A stretch of DNA of 62,727 bases, the filler included, from an uncultured bacterium (GTDB taxonomy: Bacteria > DAOPZR01): the NCBI GenBank assembly GCA_964637655.1. It is 30 parts of 30 records of this genome, joined end to end, with 100 filler letters (N's around TTAATTAATTAA, not from the genome) between each part and the next. Parts side by side here need not be neighbours in the genome. Positions count along the whole stretch, not along the records: positions 49,232 to 51,103 come from CAZWUZ010000462.1; positions 51,204 to 53,065 come from CAZWUZ010000463.1; positions 53,166 to 55,027 come from CAZWUZ010000464.1; positions 55,128 to 56,986 come from CAZWUZ010000465.1; positions 57,087 to 58,928 come from CAZWUZ010000466.1; positions 59,029 to 60,830 come from CAZWUZ010000467.1; 24 more parts are not named here. One strand, written 5' to 3'. The notes under the pieces are model-generated. The model searched no databases. It saw only the letters and a program-made list of their open reading frames with translations, and was not told the DNA's origin. This document shows positions 49,232 through 60,930 of the stretch, in pieces. Position numbers and translations under genes: made by a program. Numbering within the stretch: position 1 is the first letter of the stretch; every line of letters starts with the position of its first letter.

Positions 49232-50855
49232 GGTAGACCTGCGCCGCCTCGCTCGTCATCCCGCGCTGTTTCAAATCGAGCGCCTCGCGCAGCAGTTCCT
49301 GCACGCGCAGCGTGCGGGTCGTCGCGTCCGCCGCCGCTGCCGGCACCCCCGCGGTTTCCGCCGCCACAGCCGGCGCCGGCGCGGGTACCGGCGGCGCAAC
49401 CGGCGGTACCGGGACCACCGGCAGCGGAGCAGCTGCTCCCGTCTCTGCCGGGACGGTGCCGGGGGCCGGCACGTAGGCGATCACTTCCAGCGGGCGCATA
49501 TCCTCGTCGGTAAATCCCGGCATGACCGGTATTGTTTCACTACCGACCGACGCCGGTGCCGGCGCACCTGCGGGAACAGGTACGGCCGGAGCCGCCGCAG
49601 CGACCGGGCGCACCGCCGGTTCCATCTCGATGATATTGACCGACAGCGTCGGCGGCGACGGGACCGCGCCCGTCACCGGGCCGGCCATCATCTCCTGCTC
49701 GCCCGCCTGCTCGGGCGTGCCGGCAATGGCCGCGAGCAGCGCCGTCGCCGAGGCGCGCATCGGTTCCTGCCCCGTGGCCGGCAGCGCGGCGAGTAATTGC
49801 ACCAGGGTCGTGCGCGCCGCCACCGGGTCGTGCCGCACGCTCACCTGCAGCGCCGCCGCCTGGTACATCGCGGTGAACCAGCGACCGCTGCCGGGACGCA
49901 CCTGCGCCGCCAGTTCATACTGCTGCAGCGCGCGCGGCGCGTCACCCGTGGCATAGGCGAGACGCGCGAGACCCAGGTGCGCCTCTTCGACCGCCACGGC
50001 ATCCGTTCCCGCCGTGATGATCTCCTCCCAGCGTTGCATCAGCAGTGCCAGCTGCTCGGTTTCCGTCGGTGCCTGCGGGACAACCGGCGCAACGGCGGCG
50101 GTTTCCGCCGCGACTGCCACCGCCACGGCCTCTGCCGGGCGCGGCTGCGCGTACTGCTCCTGCGCCGCGCTGCTCAGGCCGGAGAGCACCGACGTCTCCG
50201 GGAATTTCAGCACCTGCCCGACGGCGATGCGCGCCGGGTCAGTAAGACGGTTATGGTAGGCAACTTCGCGCCAGAGTGCGGCGCTGCCGTAGTAGCGCAG
50301 GCAGAGACCGCTCACCGATTCGCCGCTGCGCACCGTATGCTCCGCCGGCAGTTCGACCGGAGCAGCCGCAGCAGCCGGTGCTGCCGGCTCTGGTGCCGCC
50401 GGAACCGGACGCGACGGTGCCGCCGGAGCCGGCGTCGGGCGTGACGGGGACGGTACCACGGGCGCGGGCGTGCTGCTCCCCCCCGCCAGTTCAGTGAGAC
50501 GCCGCTCCGCCGTGCTGCGCAGATACGATTCGGGATACGTGGTGATAAACTGCCGGTACTGCTGCTGCGCCTCGCTGCGCCGCCCCAACTGTTCGAGGCA
50601 GCGCGCCTGGTAATAGGCCGCCTGCTGCGCCTCGAAACTCTGCGGGAAACGGGTACCCAGTTGCGCGAAGCCCGTCAGCGCCGCGCTGAGTTCCCCCTGG
50701 TCATATTTTTCCTTTGCCGCCTGCATCAGCGAGCGCGCATCCTCGGCAAAAACCGCCGGGGCAAGGCAGAACACCGCCATGAGCACTGCGCAGTGCAGGC
50801 CCGCCAGGTACCGCCGCCGCCGGAGTTCACTTACAACGTTCACTCGTCCTTGCAC
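49232..50855 (-). CDS. Secreted TPR plus LysM protein with Pro/Ala linkers, 3'-truncated (start uncertain)
   Basis: Signal peptide, TPR pair (FP/YP turns), LysM HTVRSGESVSGL...IAVGQVLKFP. Confidence 0.8.
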
Positions 50856-51203
50856 TTACGCGCGATAGCACACCCCTCCCGAGCATTGGATGATAGCACA
50901 GGGCAGGGCAGGTGTCAATTAGTTGGATGGGAAAGGATGGATTCTGGTTGCATAGCGGTTGCTGACTGCTCAGGTGGCAGTCCCCCCCTGACTGACCGCC
51001 GTCACTGAATCGCAGCGGTGCCGCGCAGCAAAAAGGAAATCGCCAATGACGAGGAACTGCGGGAGTTGGTCAAGGAGTGGGTTGAACTGGGAATCGAGGC
51101 GTCNNNNNNNNNNNNNNNNNNNNNNNNNNNNNNNNNNNNNNNNNNNNTTAATTAATTAANNNNNNNNNNNNNNNNNNNNNNNNNNNNNNNNNNNNNNNNN
51201 NNN

Positions 51204-51748
51204 CGGTGCCGTTCGTCCTCGGGCGCGGCGACCGGCTGCCGTATGCCGCCGGCAGTTTCGACGTCGTGTTCTGTTCCGACGTGCTGGAACATGTCCCGGC
51301 CGGCGAGGCGTTCCTCCCGGAGATCGCCCGCGTGCTGCGCCCGGGCGGCCGCTGCCTGCTCACCACGGTCGACGGACGCTGGCAGTCGCCGCTGCGGCTG
51401 CGCGACCGGCTGCGCCGCCTGCCGGCGCCCTGGCGCGACCGCCTGATGGGCGCGTTCGCCATGAGCGATGACGACCTGCACCGCGCGTTCATGGGCCATG
51501 TGCGCGACGACCTGGCGCCGGCGCTGCTGGCGGCGGCGTGCGCCCGCTGCGGGCTGGAGCCGCAGCGGGTGCGGCACTACTGCCGGGCGTGGGGCGCGCT
51601 GCTGATGGAGCTGTTTTTCTGCGTCGACGGGCTGCCGCGCCGCCTCGTCTTCCCGCTGCTGCGCGCCCTGCTGCCGCTCGACCGGCTCATCACCGCGGGC
51701 CGGGCGTGGCAGTATGCCCTGGTCTGCCGGAAGCGCGCTGATGCCTGA
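51204..51748 (+). CDS. Class I SAM-dependent methyltransferase, 5'-truncated
   Basis: LPYAAGSFDVVFCSDVLEHV...EIARVLRPGG. Confidence 0.88.
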
Positions 51749-52778
51749 ACTGCGGGCGGCGGCGCGGCGCGGGCTGACGGTGCATGCCGACCCGCGCATC
51801 GATGCCGCGGTTGCGGCCGGCCTCGCGCAGTGCGTGGCGCGTCTCGTCGCGGCGCTGCCGGTGCGCGCCGTCATCCTCGGCGGCGGGTTCGGGCGCGGCG
51901 AGGGGAGCGTGCTGGACGACGCGGACGGCATCCGGCCGCTCAACGATTACGACCTGTTCCTGGTGGTGCCCGACGGGTTTGCCGCCGACCTGCGCCCGCT
52001 CGGGCGCGACCTGGCGCGCGCGGCGGGGATCCGCCTCGTCGACCTCATCCCGCTGGCGGAGACGGCGCTGGCGACGCTGCCGCCGACGCAGCTGCATTAC
52101 GACCTGAAATACGGCGGACGCGTGCTGTGGGGCGAGGATGCGCTGGTGCGCCTCCCCGCCTACCCGCCGGGGCGGGTCACGCCGGAGTCGCCGCGCCTGC
52201 TGCTGCGCAACCGCCTCGTCTGCGCGCTCGAGGCGTATACGGACGCGTATGCCGCGGCGCCGCCGGCGGGCGAGCCGGCCCGCTTCCTGCTCACGCAGAC
52301 GGGCAAGGTCGTGTCGGCCTGCGTCGAGGCGCTGCTCATGCGCGACGGGCGGTATCATCACCTCGCGGCGCAGCGGCAGCAGCGCCTGGCACAGGACTAC
52401 CCGCAGCGCACGGCGCTGGTGCGGCTCAACGCGCTGGCCACGGCGTACAAGCTGCGCCCGGACGCGGCGGCGGCGGGCGACCCGGTGGCCTACTGGCGCG
52501 ACGCGGTCGCGGCGTATCTCGGGGTCATGGCGGAACTGCTGCTCCCGGACGGGGGCGACCTGGCGGCGCAGGCGGCGGCGGTGACGGCGAACCGCGTCGA
52601 GGAGGCCGAACTGCTGCTGCTGCTCGCGCAGGCGGCCCCGCCGGCAGCGCGGGGGGCGCTGCTGGACCGCGTGCGGGCGGCGCTCGGCGGCGTGGTCCGT
52701 GAACCGCTGCCGGCGGCGGCGGACTGGGAAGCACTGCGCGCGCGCACGGTGCAGGCCTGGCACGAGGTCTGCCATTGA
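51741..52778 (+). CDS. Pol-beta-superfamily nucleotidyltransferase-like protein
   Basis: VILGGGFGRGEG...NDYDLFLV (hG[G/S]...DxD). Confidence 0.65.
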   Translation: MPELRAAARRGLTVHADPRIDAAVAAGLAQCVARLVAALPVRAVILGGGFGRGEGSVLDDADGIRPLNDYDLFLVVPDGFAADLRPLGRDLARAAGIRLVDLIPLAETALATLPPTQLHYDLKYGGRVLWGEDALVRLPAYPPGRVTPESPRLLLRNRLVCALEAYTDAYAAAPPAGEPARFLLTQTGKVVSACVEALLMRDGRYHHLAAQRQQRLAQDYPQRTALVRLNALATAYKLRPDAAAAGDPVAYWRDAVAAYLGVMAELLLPDGGDLAAQAAAVTANRVEEAELLLLLAQAAPPAARGALLDRVRAALGGVVREPLPAAADWEALRARTVQAWHEVCH

Positions 52779-53065
52779 AGCCGGTCGTCCTGCTGGTGCT
52801 CGTCGACGGGCTGCGCCACGACTATCTCAATCCCGTCGCTGCGCCGTTCCTGTACGCGCTGGCGCGGCGGAATGTCGCGGCGACGCTCACCGAGACGTTC
52901 GCGTTCGAGCTGCGCCCCGCGTTCTTTGCCGGGCTGCAGCCGGAGGAGTGCAACGTCGCCAACATGTTCACCTACGACCCGGCGGAGTCGCTGTTCCGCG
53001 GGCTCGATGTCAGCCATGGCGACCGCGCGCGGATCACCGCCGACGTGCGCGCCGAGGCGCGGCGC
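52775..53065 (+). CDS. Alkaline phosphatase / nucleotide pyrophosphatase family protein, N-terminal fragment
   Basis: VLLVLVDGLRHDYL...APFL...AGLQPEE. Confidence 0.7.
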
Positions 53066-53165
53066 NNNNNNNNNNNNNNNNNNNNNNNNNNNNNNNNNNN
53101 NNNNNNNNNTTAATTAATTAANNNNNNNNNNNNNNNNNNNNNNNNNNNNNNNNNNNNNNNNNNNN

Positions 53166-53219
53166 GGAGTATACGCCGCTTGTCTTTAGCCGTCTATCCC
53201 CAACATTTGTTTATACCTC
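53166..53219. mobile_element. Probable IS terminus (identical to 15747-15800)
   Basis: 54-bp exact match to 15747-15800. Interrupts an ORF. Confidence 0.7.
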
Positions 53220-53491
53220 CTGCTGTTCGGGTCGGCGCCGCACCACAGCGCCGCCCGGGTCAGTGGCGTGATACCGTGGCGGCAGGAGAAATGCAGGAGG
53301 TGTTCGGACCCGGTAAGCACATCAAGCGCAACGCCGGTCCCGACGGCAAGGGCAACCAGCCCGACCAGCATTTTTGCCGCAGTCATCGGCCTGAACATGC
53401 GCGATTGCGTCCAGAATCTTGAAGTCAGCATCAGAGATACGCCCGAAAACAGACACGTGAAGACACGTATCCAGCGTGAAAACGCAGTCAT
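53220..53491 (-). pseudogene. Membrane-anchored ankyrin-repeat protein interrupted by an IS
   Basis: TM segment, then LLHFSCRHG...LWCGADPNS running directly into the 54-bp repeat. Confidence 0.6.
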
Positions 53492-53492
53492 G

Positions 53493-53684
53493 CTACGCCT
53501 GCCTTTCCCGCGCGGCTCCTTCGTCGTCCTCACTGCGTTCCGTCAGTACACAACGGGCAAGGGTTTCCACTCTGGCAAGCGCCTCGTCGCGTGTTTCGCC
53601 ATAACACATAACACCGGGAAATTCAGTAGCCTCGGCGAGCCAGCGGCCGTCTGTTTCCTGTTCAGTTTCCACTGACATCTTCAT
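53493..53684 (-). CDS. HicB-like antitoxin (orphan)
   Basis: EQETDGRWLAE...PGVMCYGETRDEALARV. Confidence 0.78.
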   Translation of the reverse strand: MKMSVETEQETDGRWLAEATEFPGVMCYGETRDEALARVETLARCVLTERSEDDEGAARERQA

Positions 53685-54190
53685 CAGGCGTTGGTGACGA
53701 TGGCGGGGAAATCCCGCACGGTGAGGCGGACGATGGCCTCGGGTCCGAGGTCGGGAAAGGCGACATCCACCCACGCCGTGACGGTGCTGGCGTAGAGCGC
53801 GCCGAGGCCGCCGTAGGCCGAGAGGTAGACCGCGTTGTGCTTCTTCAGCAGCGCCTGCACCGCCGGCGAACGCTGCCCCTTGCCGATGCAGACGCGCAAC
53901 CCTGCCGCGAGCAGCGGGGCCATGAAGGGGTCCATGCGCGACGCGGTGGTCGGCCCGCAGGCGCCGTAGCGCCCCGCGCGTGCCGGGGTCGGCCCGCAGT
54001 AGTAGAGCGCCGTGCGGCGCAGGTCAACGGGGAGTTTCTTTTTCTGCGCCAGTAGTGCGACGAGGCGCTTATGCGCCTGGTCGCGTGCGGTGTAGATATC
54101 GCCAGAGAGGAGCAATTCCTCGCCCGGGCGCACGCGCACCGTGCCGTCGAGCAACGCGTCGACAGACACCGCGCGCGGGGTGCGCTTCAC
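53684..54190 (-). CDS. Class I fumarate hydratase/tartrate dehydratase beta subunit
   Basis: LSGDIYTARDQAH, GPTTASRM, IGKG, DLGPEA. Confidence 0.9.
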   Translation of the reverse strand: MKRTPRAVSVDALLDGTVRVRPGEELLLSGDIYTARDQAHKRLVALLAQKKKLPVDLRRTALYYCGPTPARAGRYGACGPTTASRMDPFMAPLLAAGLRVCIGKGQRSPAVQALLKKHNAVYLSAYGGLGALYASTVTAWVDVAFPDLGPEAIVRLTVRDFPAIVTNA

Positions 54191-55027
54191 AGTGTCACCG
54201 TCGCGCGGCGCGTGGCGTGGCAGTTGATGTTCACCGCCACCGGCAGCGAGGCGATATGGCAGGGCTCCGCGAAAATATGCACCGCCAGCGCCGTCGTCTT
54301 CCCGCCGAACCCGAGCGGTCCCACCCCCAGCGCGTTCAGTACGCGCAGCAGTTTCGCCTCTTCGCGCGCGAGCGCGCGGTCGGGATTGCGTTGTGTCAGC
54401 GGGCGGAAAAGCGCGCGTTTGGCCAGATGCGCCGCGCGGTCGAAACTGCCGCCGAGGCCGACCCCGACGACCAGCGGCGGGCAGGCATCGCCCCCCGCCT
54501 TGCGGACGGTCTCCGCGACAAAGGTACGCACGCCTTCCCACCCCGCGGTGGGGAGCAGCATCTTCAGTTGCGACTTGTTCTCCGCGCCCCCGCCTTTGGG
54601 GAGCACGGTGATGGTCAGGCGGTCGCCGGCAACTTCCTCGCGCATGATGACGGGGAGGTTGGTCCCGCTGTTGGGGCGTTTGCCCGCGCCGTCATGCACC
54701 GACGAGGCGCGCAGCCCCCACGCTTTCGTCGCCTGCGCGATCCCGCGGGCGATGGCTTTATCGAGGTCGCCGCGCACGCGCACGTCGCGTCCCTGCTCGA
54801 CCAACACGACCTGCAATCCGGTATCCTGGCAGATGGGGATGCCATCACGCCGGGCGCAGGCGGCATTGGCAAGAATACGGTCGAGCACTGCCTGCGCCAC
54901 GGGTTCCGTCTCCCGCGCCCGCGCGCGGCGCACCGCCGCAACGATGTCAGCGGGGAGTTCACACGCCGCCCGCCGCGCCGCCGCCGCCGCCGCCGCGGCG
55001 AGGGCGGCGGGGTGGGGCGTGGGCAGA
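54187..55027 (-). CDS. Class I fumarate hydratase/tartrate dehydratase alpha subunit, 5'-truncated
   Basis: PICQDTG, PKGGGAEN, ACPP, GPLGFGG, CHIASLPVAVNINCHATR. Confidence 0.9.
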
Positions 55028-55127
55028 NNNNNNNNNNNNNNNNNNNNNNNNNNNNNNNNNNNNNNNNNNNNTTAATTAATTAANNNNNNNNNNNNNNNNN
55101 NNNNNNNNNNNNNNNNNNNNNNNNNNN

Positions 55128-55598
55128 CGGCCCGGCCGGGAGCGCGCGCACGGCGAGGATGGCGGCGAGCAGTGGCAGCAGCGCGTTTTCGAGCAGCGGC
55201 ACGCGCCCGAGCAGGAGCAGCGGCGCGCCCAGCGTGAACCAGGCAAGGGCCAGCAGGCCGGCGGCGGGTGCGGCATGCCGGGCCAGCGTCCCGTGCAGCA
55301 GCAGGCCGGTGAGCGCGGCGAGCAGCGCCAGCAGCCCGGTGGTGGTGGCCGGCCCGTAGCCCGCCACGGACCAGACGCTCCAGGCGAGCGCGTGCATGAC
55401 CGGAAAGAGCAGTGCGTTGTTCCAGTCGCCGACGAGCGGTTCGCCGGTGAGGACGAGCGAGCGGGCATTATTGAGGTAGAAGCCGGGATCGGTATACTCG
55501 CCGCGGCTGAAACTGAGGTACGGCGGATCGAGCGCAGGCAGCGCCGCGCGGGTGACGATGATGACCGCCAGCAGGCCCAGCAGCGTCGCGCGCCTCAT
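55128..55598 (-). CDS. GT-C (PMT/ArnT-like) membrane glycosyltransferase, 3'-truncated
   Basis: TM-rich, with YTDPGFYLNNAR acidic first-loop motif. Confidence 0.6.
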
Positions 55599-56986
55599 TT
55601 GTACGCTTCGATGCACATGCCCGCGCCGACGGGCGGATCCTCGCGGTACACGAACTTGAACAGGTGGGTTTCAAGCGCGGCGAGGAAGACGCGCGGCAGC
55701 ACCGCCCAGCGCCCGCAGAGCGCCTTGTTGAGCCGCGAGGGGATGCTCATCGGCAGCAGCAGGTCGAACCACCACATGGCGCGGCGCGAGAGGTAGAAAC
55801 TGACGCGCACGTCGCGGAAGCCGGCCGCGTGCAGCAGCTGCGTCCACTCCTCCGGCGTGAGCATGGTGTAATGCTTGAAGACGCGGTTGACCGTGGTGGC
55901 GTACCAGTCACCAAGGCGGTGCAGGCCGAGACGGTGGCAGGCGGCATACCAGAACAGGTACTGACCGTAGAGATGTGAGTGGGTGGTGAAGACGTACTTG
56001 CCGCCGTCACGCAGCACGCGGTGAATCTCGCGCAGCGGCAGCGTGTGGTCGCGCACGTGCTCGACCACGCAGTTGCTGATGACCGTGGCAAAATGCCCGG
56101 AGGCGAAGGGGAGCGCGCGGGCATTGGCGTTGGTGCGGCTGCGGTAGCGCTCGGGGAGCGCCCGCTTGCGCAGTTCGACCCGGTCGAGGTCGATGCCGAC
56201 GTCGATGTCATGGAAAAAGACGATGGAGGCGAACAACCCGTCGCCGCAGCCGATGTCGAGAATGGGCGGTTGCAGCGCGCTGCGGCGGAAGAGGCGTCCT
56301 TCCATGCTGCGCACCAGCGCCAGCGCGGCGGAGGTGTGGGTGAGGTAGTCGAAGAGCACGTTCTCGTCGTCGCGGATGTTGTGGATGAGCCGGCGTTTGA
56401 CCGTCCAGTAGAGGGCCAGCAGGAAGACGAGCAGCGTGAGCAGCGTCGTGCAGATGCCGAGGTAGAGGTCACGCGGCACGAAGCGCAGCGTGAGCCGGTG
56501 CGTGCCGGCCGGGACGTGTGTGCCGAGCAGGTAGTGATAGGCGCGGAACAGCGGCTGCGGCCGCCCGTCCAGTGCGCACTCCCAGAACGGGTACCAGTTC
56601 TCGCTGAACACGACATACGCGGGACCGTCCGCCTGCACCGTCCATTCCCGCCGGTCCGGGAGCAGCAGGCGGGGGGTGAAGGTGACCGCGGCCGGGGCGA
56701 AGGCGGCGGGCAACCCGTCGGGGAAGTGCGTGCCGGGCGGCACCAGCACCGTGCGCGGCGGGTAGAAGGCCTCCGCCTGCAAGGCGCGGGCGGTTGCCGC
56801 CTCGGGGAGTGCGAGACGTTGCGGAACGGCAAAGACCGGCGGCAGCGCGCCGCCATTGCGGTAGAGAGTGAATTCGCCGTCGCGGGCGAGCGGGGTTAGC
56901 CGCGGATGGCGCAGCGGCCACGGAGCGATGACGTAGCGCGCGGCAGCGAGGTTGAGCACGGGCGAGGCAAGGTTGCGGATGGCGAC
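55595..56986 (-). CDS. YfhO-like C-terminal domain fused to a class I SAM methyltransferase, 5'-truncated
   Basis: SENWYPFW...DG...VPAGTHRLTLRF plus TM, then LDIGCGDG...NCVVEHV...RVLRDGG. Confidence 0.75.
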   Translation of the reverse strand, partial: VAIRNLASPVLNLAAARYVIAPWPLRHPRLTPLARDGEFTLYRNGGALPPVFAVPQRLALPEAATARALQAEAFYPPRTVLVPPGTHFPDGLPAAFAPAAVTFTPRLLLPDRREWTVQADGPAYVVFSENWYPFWECALDGRPQPLFRAYHYLLGTHVPAGTHRLTLRFVPRDLYLGICTTLLTLLVFLLALYWTVKRRLIHNIRDDENVLFDYLTHTSAALALVRSMEGRLFRRSALQPPILDIGCGDGLFASIVFFHDIDVGIDLDRVELRKRALPERYRSRTNANARALPFASGHFATVISNCVVEHVRDHTLPLREIHRVLRDGGKYVFTTHSHLYGQYLFWYAACHRLGLHRLGDWYATTVNRVFKHYTMLTPEEWTQLLHAAGFRDVRVSFYLSRRAMWWFDLLLPMSIPSRLNKALCGRWAVLPRVFLAALETHLFKFVYREDPPVGAGMCIEAYK

Positions 56987-57086
56987 NNNNNNNNNNNNNN
57001 NNNNNNNNNNNNNNNNNNNNNNNNNNNNNNTTAATTAATTAANNNNNNNNNNNNNNNNNNNNNNNNNNNNNNNNNNNNNNNNNNNN

Positions 57087-57633
57087 GGTGCTTCTCCGCC
57101 TCGACCTTCACCACCAGCAGGTTGAGCATCGTGTTCTGCTCGCCCCCCATCCGGCCCGGCAGGCGCTTGCCCTTGAATACCCGCGACGGATAGGAGGAGG
57201 CGCCAATCGAGCCGGGCGCCCGGTGGAACATCGAGCCGTGCGACATCGCCCCGCCCCCGAAGTGGTGGCGCTTGACCACCCCCTGGAAGCCCTTGGCCTT
57301 GCTCACCCCGCTGACATCGACCGCCGCCACGCCGGCGAACAGGTCGACCGTCAGTTCCTGCCCGACCTGGTACGCGTCCGTGCTGTCGACACGCACCTCG
57401 CGCAGGCAGGCGAACGCCTTCGTCCCCGCCGTGGTGAAGTGGCCGGCGAGCGGCTTGCCTGCCGCCACGCGCTCCTCGAACCCGAGTTGCAGCGCCTCGT
57501 AGCCGTCCTTCGCCTTCGTCTTCTTCTGCACGACGGTGCACGGGCCGACTGCCAGCACCGTCACCGGCACCTGGTTCCCGCTCTCGTCGTATACCTGCGT
57601 CATGCCGACCTTGCGGCCGAATAGCCCGATCAT
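57087..57633 (-). CDS. rplC: 50S ribosomal protein L3, 3'-truncated
   Basis: [30 protein letters not shown]. Confidence 0.97.
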
Positions 57634-57653
57634 GATCTCTCTCTCCCGCCGCC

Positions 57654-57962
57654 CTACAGCTTGACCTCGATGTCAATCCCGGCCGGCATCTCCAGCTTGG
57701 TCAGCGCTTCCATGGTGTCCGGGGTGGGGCTGACAATCTCCACCAGCCGCTTGTGCGTGCGCACCTCGAACTGCTCGCGCGACTTGCGGTCCACGTGCGG
57801 CGACCGCAGCACCGTGTAGCGGTTGATCCGCGTCGGCAGCGGGATGGGCCCGACTACCTTAGCCCCGGTCCGCTTGGCCGTGGAGACCAGCTCCTGCACC
57901 GTCTTATCGATGAGGCGATGGTCATACGCCCGTAGCCGTATCCTGACTCTCTGCTTGCCCAT
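57654..57962 (-). CDS. rpsJ: 30S ribosomal protein S10
   Basis: GPIPLPT...[21 protein letters not shown]. Confidence 0.98.
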   Translation of the reverse strand: MGKQRVRIRLRAYDHRLIDKTVQELVSTAKRTGAKVVGPIPLPTRINRYTVLRSPHVDRKSREQFEVRTHKRLVEIVSPTPDTMEALTKLEMPAGIDIEVKL

Positions 57963-57992
57963 ACCCGCTCCTTTGGATCCTCCGCCGCCGTT

Positions 57993-58928
<936 letters not shown>

Positions 58929-59046
58929 NNNNNNNNNNNNNNNNNNNNNNNNNNNNNNNNNNNNNNNNNNNNTTAATTAATTAANNNNNNNNNNNNNNNN
59001 NNNNNNNNNNNNNNNNNNNNNNNNNNNNCGGCGCCGCTGCGCGCGG

Positions 59047-60438
59047 TCACCCGCCGCCTGCGCCGCCTGTTCCGCCGCTGACGCCGCGCTCCCGCGCCGC
59101 CGCCGCCTCCACCTGCTGCCACTTTGCCAGCAACGGTTCGGTGACCGAGCAGTAGTTGACCGGGATGAAGCCCAGCCCCGTCAGGCGTTCCAGCAGGTAG
59201 TCGCGGTGGAACGAACCGGTGAACAGGGCGAGATCCTCCGCGCGCGCGTGCAATGACGCCCCGGGCGCGACATAATCGTACTGCGTGTGCCAACCGCGCT
59301 TGCGACGTTCCGGCCCGAACCGCGCCCGGCGCTCGGCAATCTTCCGTTCGCCATGCGCCTGCGACCGGAGCGGGTAGTGGCGGACGAGGAAGTTGAACGG
59401 GAAGACCCGCGCGCCCGGGAACACGAGCCGGTGCCCGGCGTGCTCGGCCATGGCGATGCGGGCCGCCGGTTTCTTCCACGCCTTGACCTGTGTCCCGTGC
59501 GGGTTCGGGTCGAACAGGAAATGGCGGAAATGAGCGGCGGGATCGCTGCCGGGCAGGAACGTGTCATCGACCGGCGGGAACTCGAGCACGGTGAAATCGA
59601 CGCAGGTGAAGCCCCAGCGGTCGGCAAGCCAGAACGCATCGCGCAGGGTGAGTTCAGGCCACGGCGACTCGCGGAGTTCGTCGGCATCGTGGTTGATGAA
59701 CCAGTCGGCAGCGAGCACCTGCGCCAGCTCCTCCTTGCGCCGCATCAGTTCGAGCCACAGGTCGGCCGGGTCGGCCGGGTCGAAGCGTTCCATGCCGACC
59801 AGGCCGCGCCCGAGATAGGTATGCGCGATGGCGGCCGTGGCGTCGGTCGACCCGTTGTCGATGAGGTAGACACCGATGCCCGCGCGCGCGAAGTGCCCGA
59901 GCACCGGGCCGATAATATCCTCCTCGTTGTAGGCCGAGAGCAGCGCCAGCACGCGAAACGCCGGCGGGGCGGGCCCGGACGCGGGGCAGCCCGCCCCGGC
60001 CAGCACCGCCACCAGCGCCGGCAGTCCCCGCTCCTGCCGCGCCCAGCCGGCAAACAGCACGCGCAGTCCGCGCGCGCCGAGAGCGCCGCTGAACCCGTCA
60101 ACGAGACGCTGCCGCTCGCCGCCAGGCAGCGGGCGCAGCACCCCGAAGGGGCGCACAAGCACCGCTGCCGGCGCATGCTCGAGCATCCCGCCCAGCGTCC
60201 CCCAGGCCGGCGCCCCGGGCCGGTCGAGCAGGCTGCGCACGTCAGGGAGCAGCACGACGGCAGCGGCGGCGGCGGCGGCCGGATCAGCGACCCCCTCCTC
60301 GCCCCGCAGCCGGCAGATATGCGTGACGCCGAAGCGCTGCGCGAGGAACGCGGCACACTGGTGGAAGATGTCGCCGGCGCGGTCGGCAAGGTACGGCGCG
60401 GTTGCCAGCCGCTCGCAGCCGGCGGCAGGCGCGGTCAT
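59047..60438 (-). CDS. Glycosyltransferase family 2 protein
   Basis: SAYNEEDII, IDNGSTDAT, WFINHDADE. Confidence 0.82.
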   Translation of the reverse strand: MTAPAAGCERLATAPYLADRAGDIFHQCAAFLAQRFGVTHICRLRGEEGVADPAAAAAAAVVLLPDVRSLLDRPGAPAWGTLGGMLEHAPAAVLVRPFGVLRPLPGGERQRLVDGFSGALGARGLRVLFAGWARQERGLPALVAVLAGAGCPASGPAPPAFRVLALLSAYNEEDIIGPVLGHFARAGIGVYLIDNGSTDATAAIAHTYLGRGLVGMERFDPADPADLWLELMRRKEELAQVLAADWFINHDADELRESPWPELTLRDAFWLADRWGFTCVDFTVLEFPPVDDTFLPGSDPAAHFRHFLFDPNPHGTQVKAWKKPAARIAMAEHAGHRLVFPGARVFPFNFLVRHYPLRSQAHGERKIAERRARFGPERRKRGWHTQYDYVAPGASLHARAEDLALFTGSFHRDYLLERLTGLGFIPVNYCSVTEPLLAKWQQVEAAAARERGVSGGTGGAGGG

Positions 60439-60830
60439 GCGCGCCCCGCCGCGGCATCGGCCAGCCAGTGGTCGAGCTGCCGGGTAAAATGTTCACCCGG
60501 CCAGTTCTCCACCGCCAGGCGCGGCAGCAGGAAGCGGTCGCCCGCGGCCGTGACGCTGCCGGCCCGCGTGGTAACCGCGTAGCGGTACCCGGCGGCGCGC
60601 ACCCGCGCCGCGCTCTCCGGCGCGGCGCTGCCGTACGGGTAGGAAAACCCGGTCACCGCGCAGCGCAGCCGGGTTTCCAGGAATTCGCGGCAGTCACCGA
60701 TGGCCGGCGCCTGCTCGGCTGCCGGCCGCGCGGCAAGGTCGTCAGGGTGCACGGTGTGGGCGCCGATCTCGAACAGCGGTTCGCGCGCGAGCCCTGCGGC
60801 CTCGGCGAGCGTCAGCGGGCGCGCGGCCGG
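60435..60830 (-). CDS. Polysaccharide deacetylase (CE4), 5'-truncated
   Basis: EIGAHTVHP, FSYPYG, AGYRYAVTT, LPRL. Confidence 0.85.
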   Translation of the reverse strand, partial: PAARPLTLAEAAGLAREPLFEIGAHTVHPDDLAARPAAEQAPAIGDCREFLETRLRCAVTGFSYPYGSAAPESAARVRAAGYRYAVTTRAGSVTAAGDRFLLPRLAVENWPGEHFTRQLDHWLADAAAGRA

Positions 60831-60930
60831 NNNNNNNNNNNNNNNNNNNNNNNNNNNNNNNNNNNNNNNNNNNNTTAATTAATTAANNNNNNNNNNNNNN
60901 NNNNNNNNNNNNNNNNNNNNNNNNNNNNNN

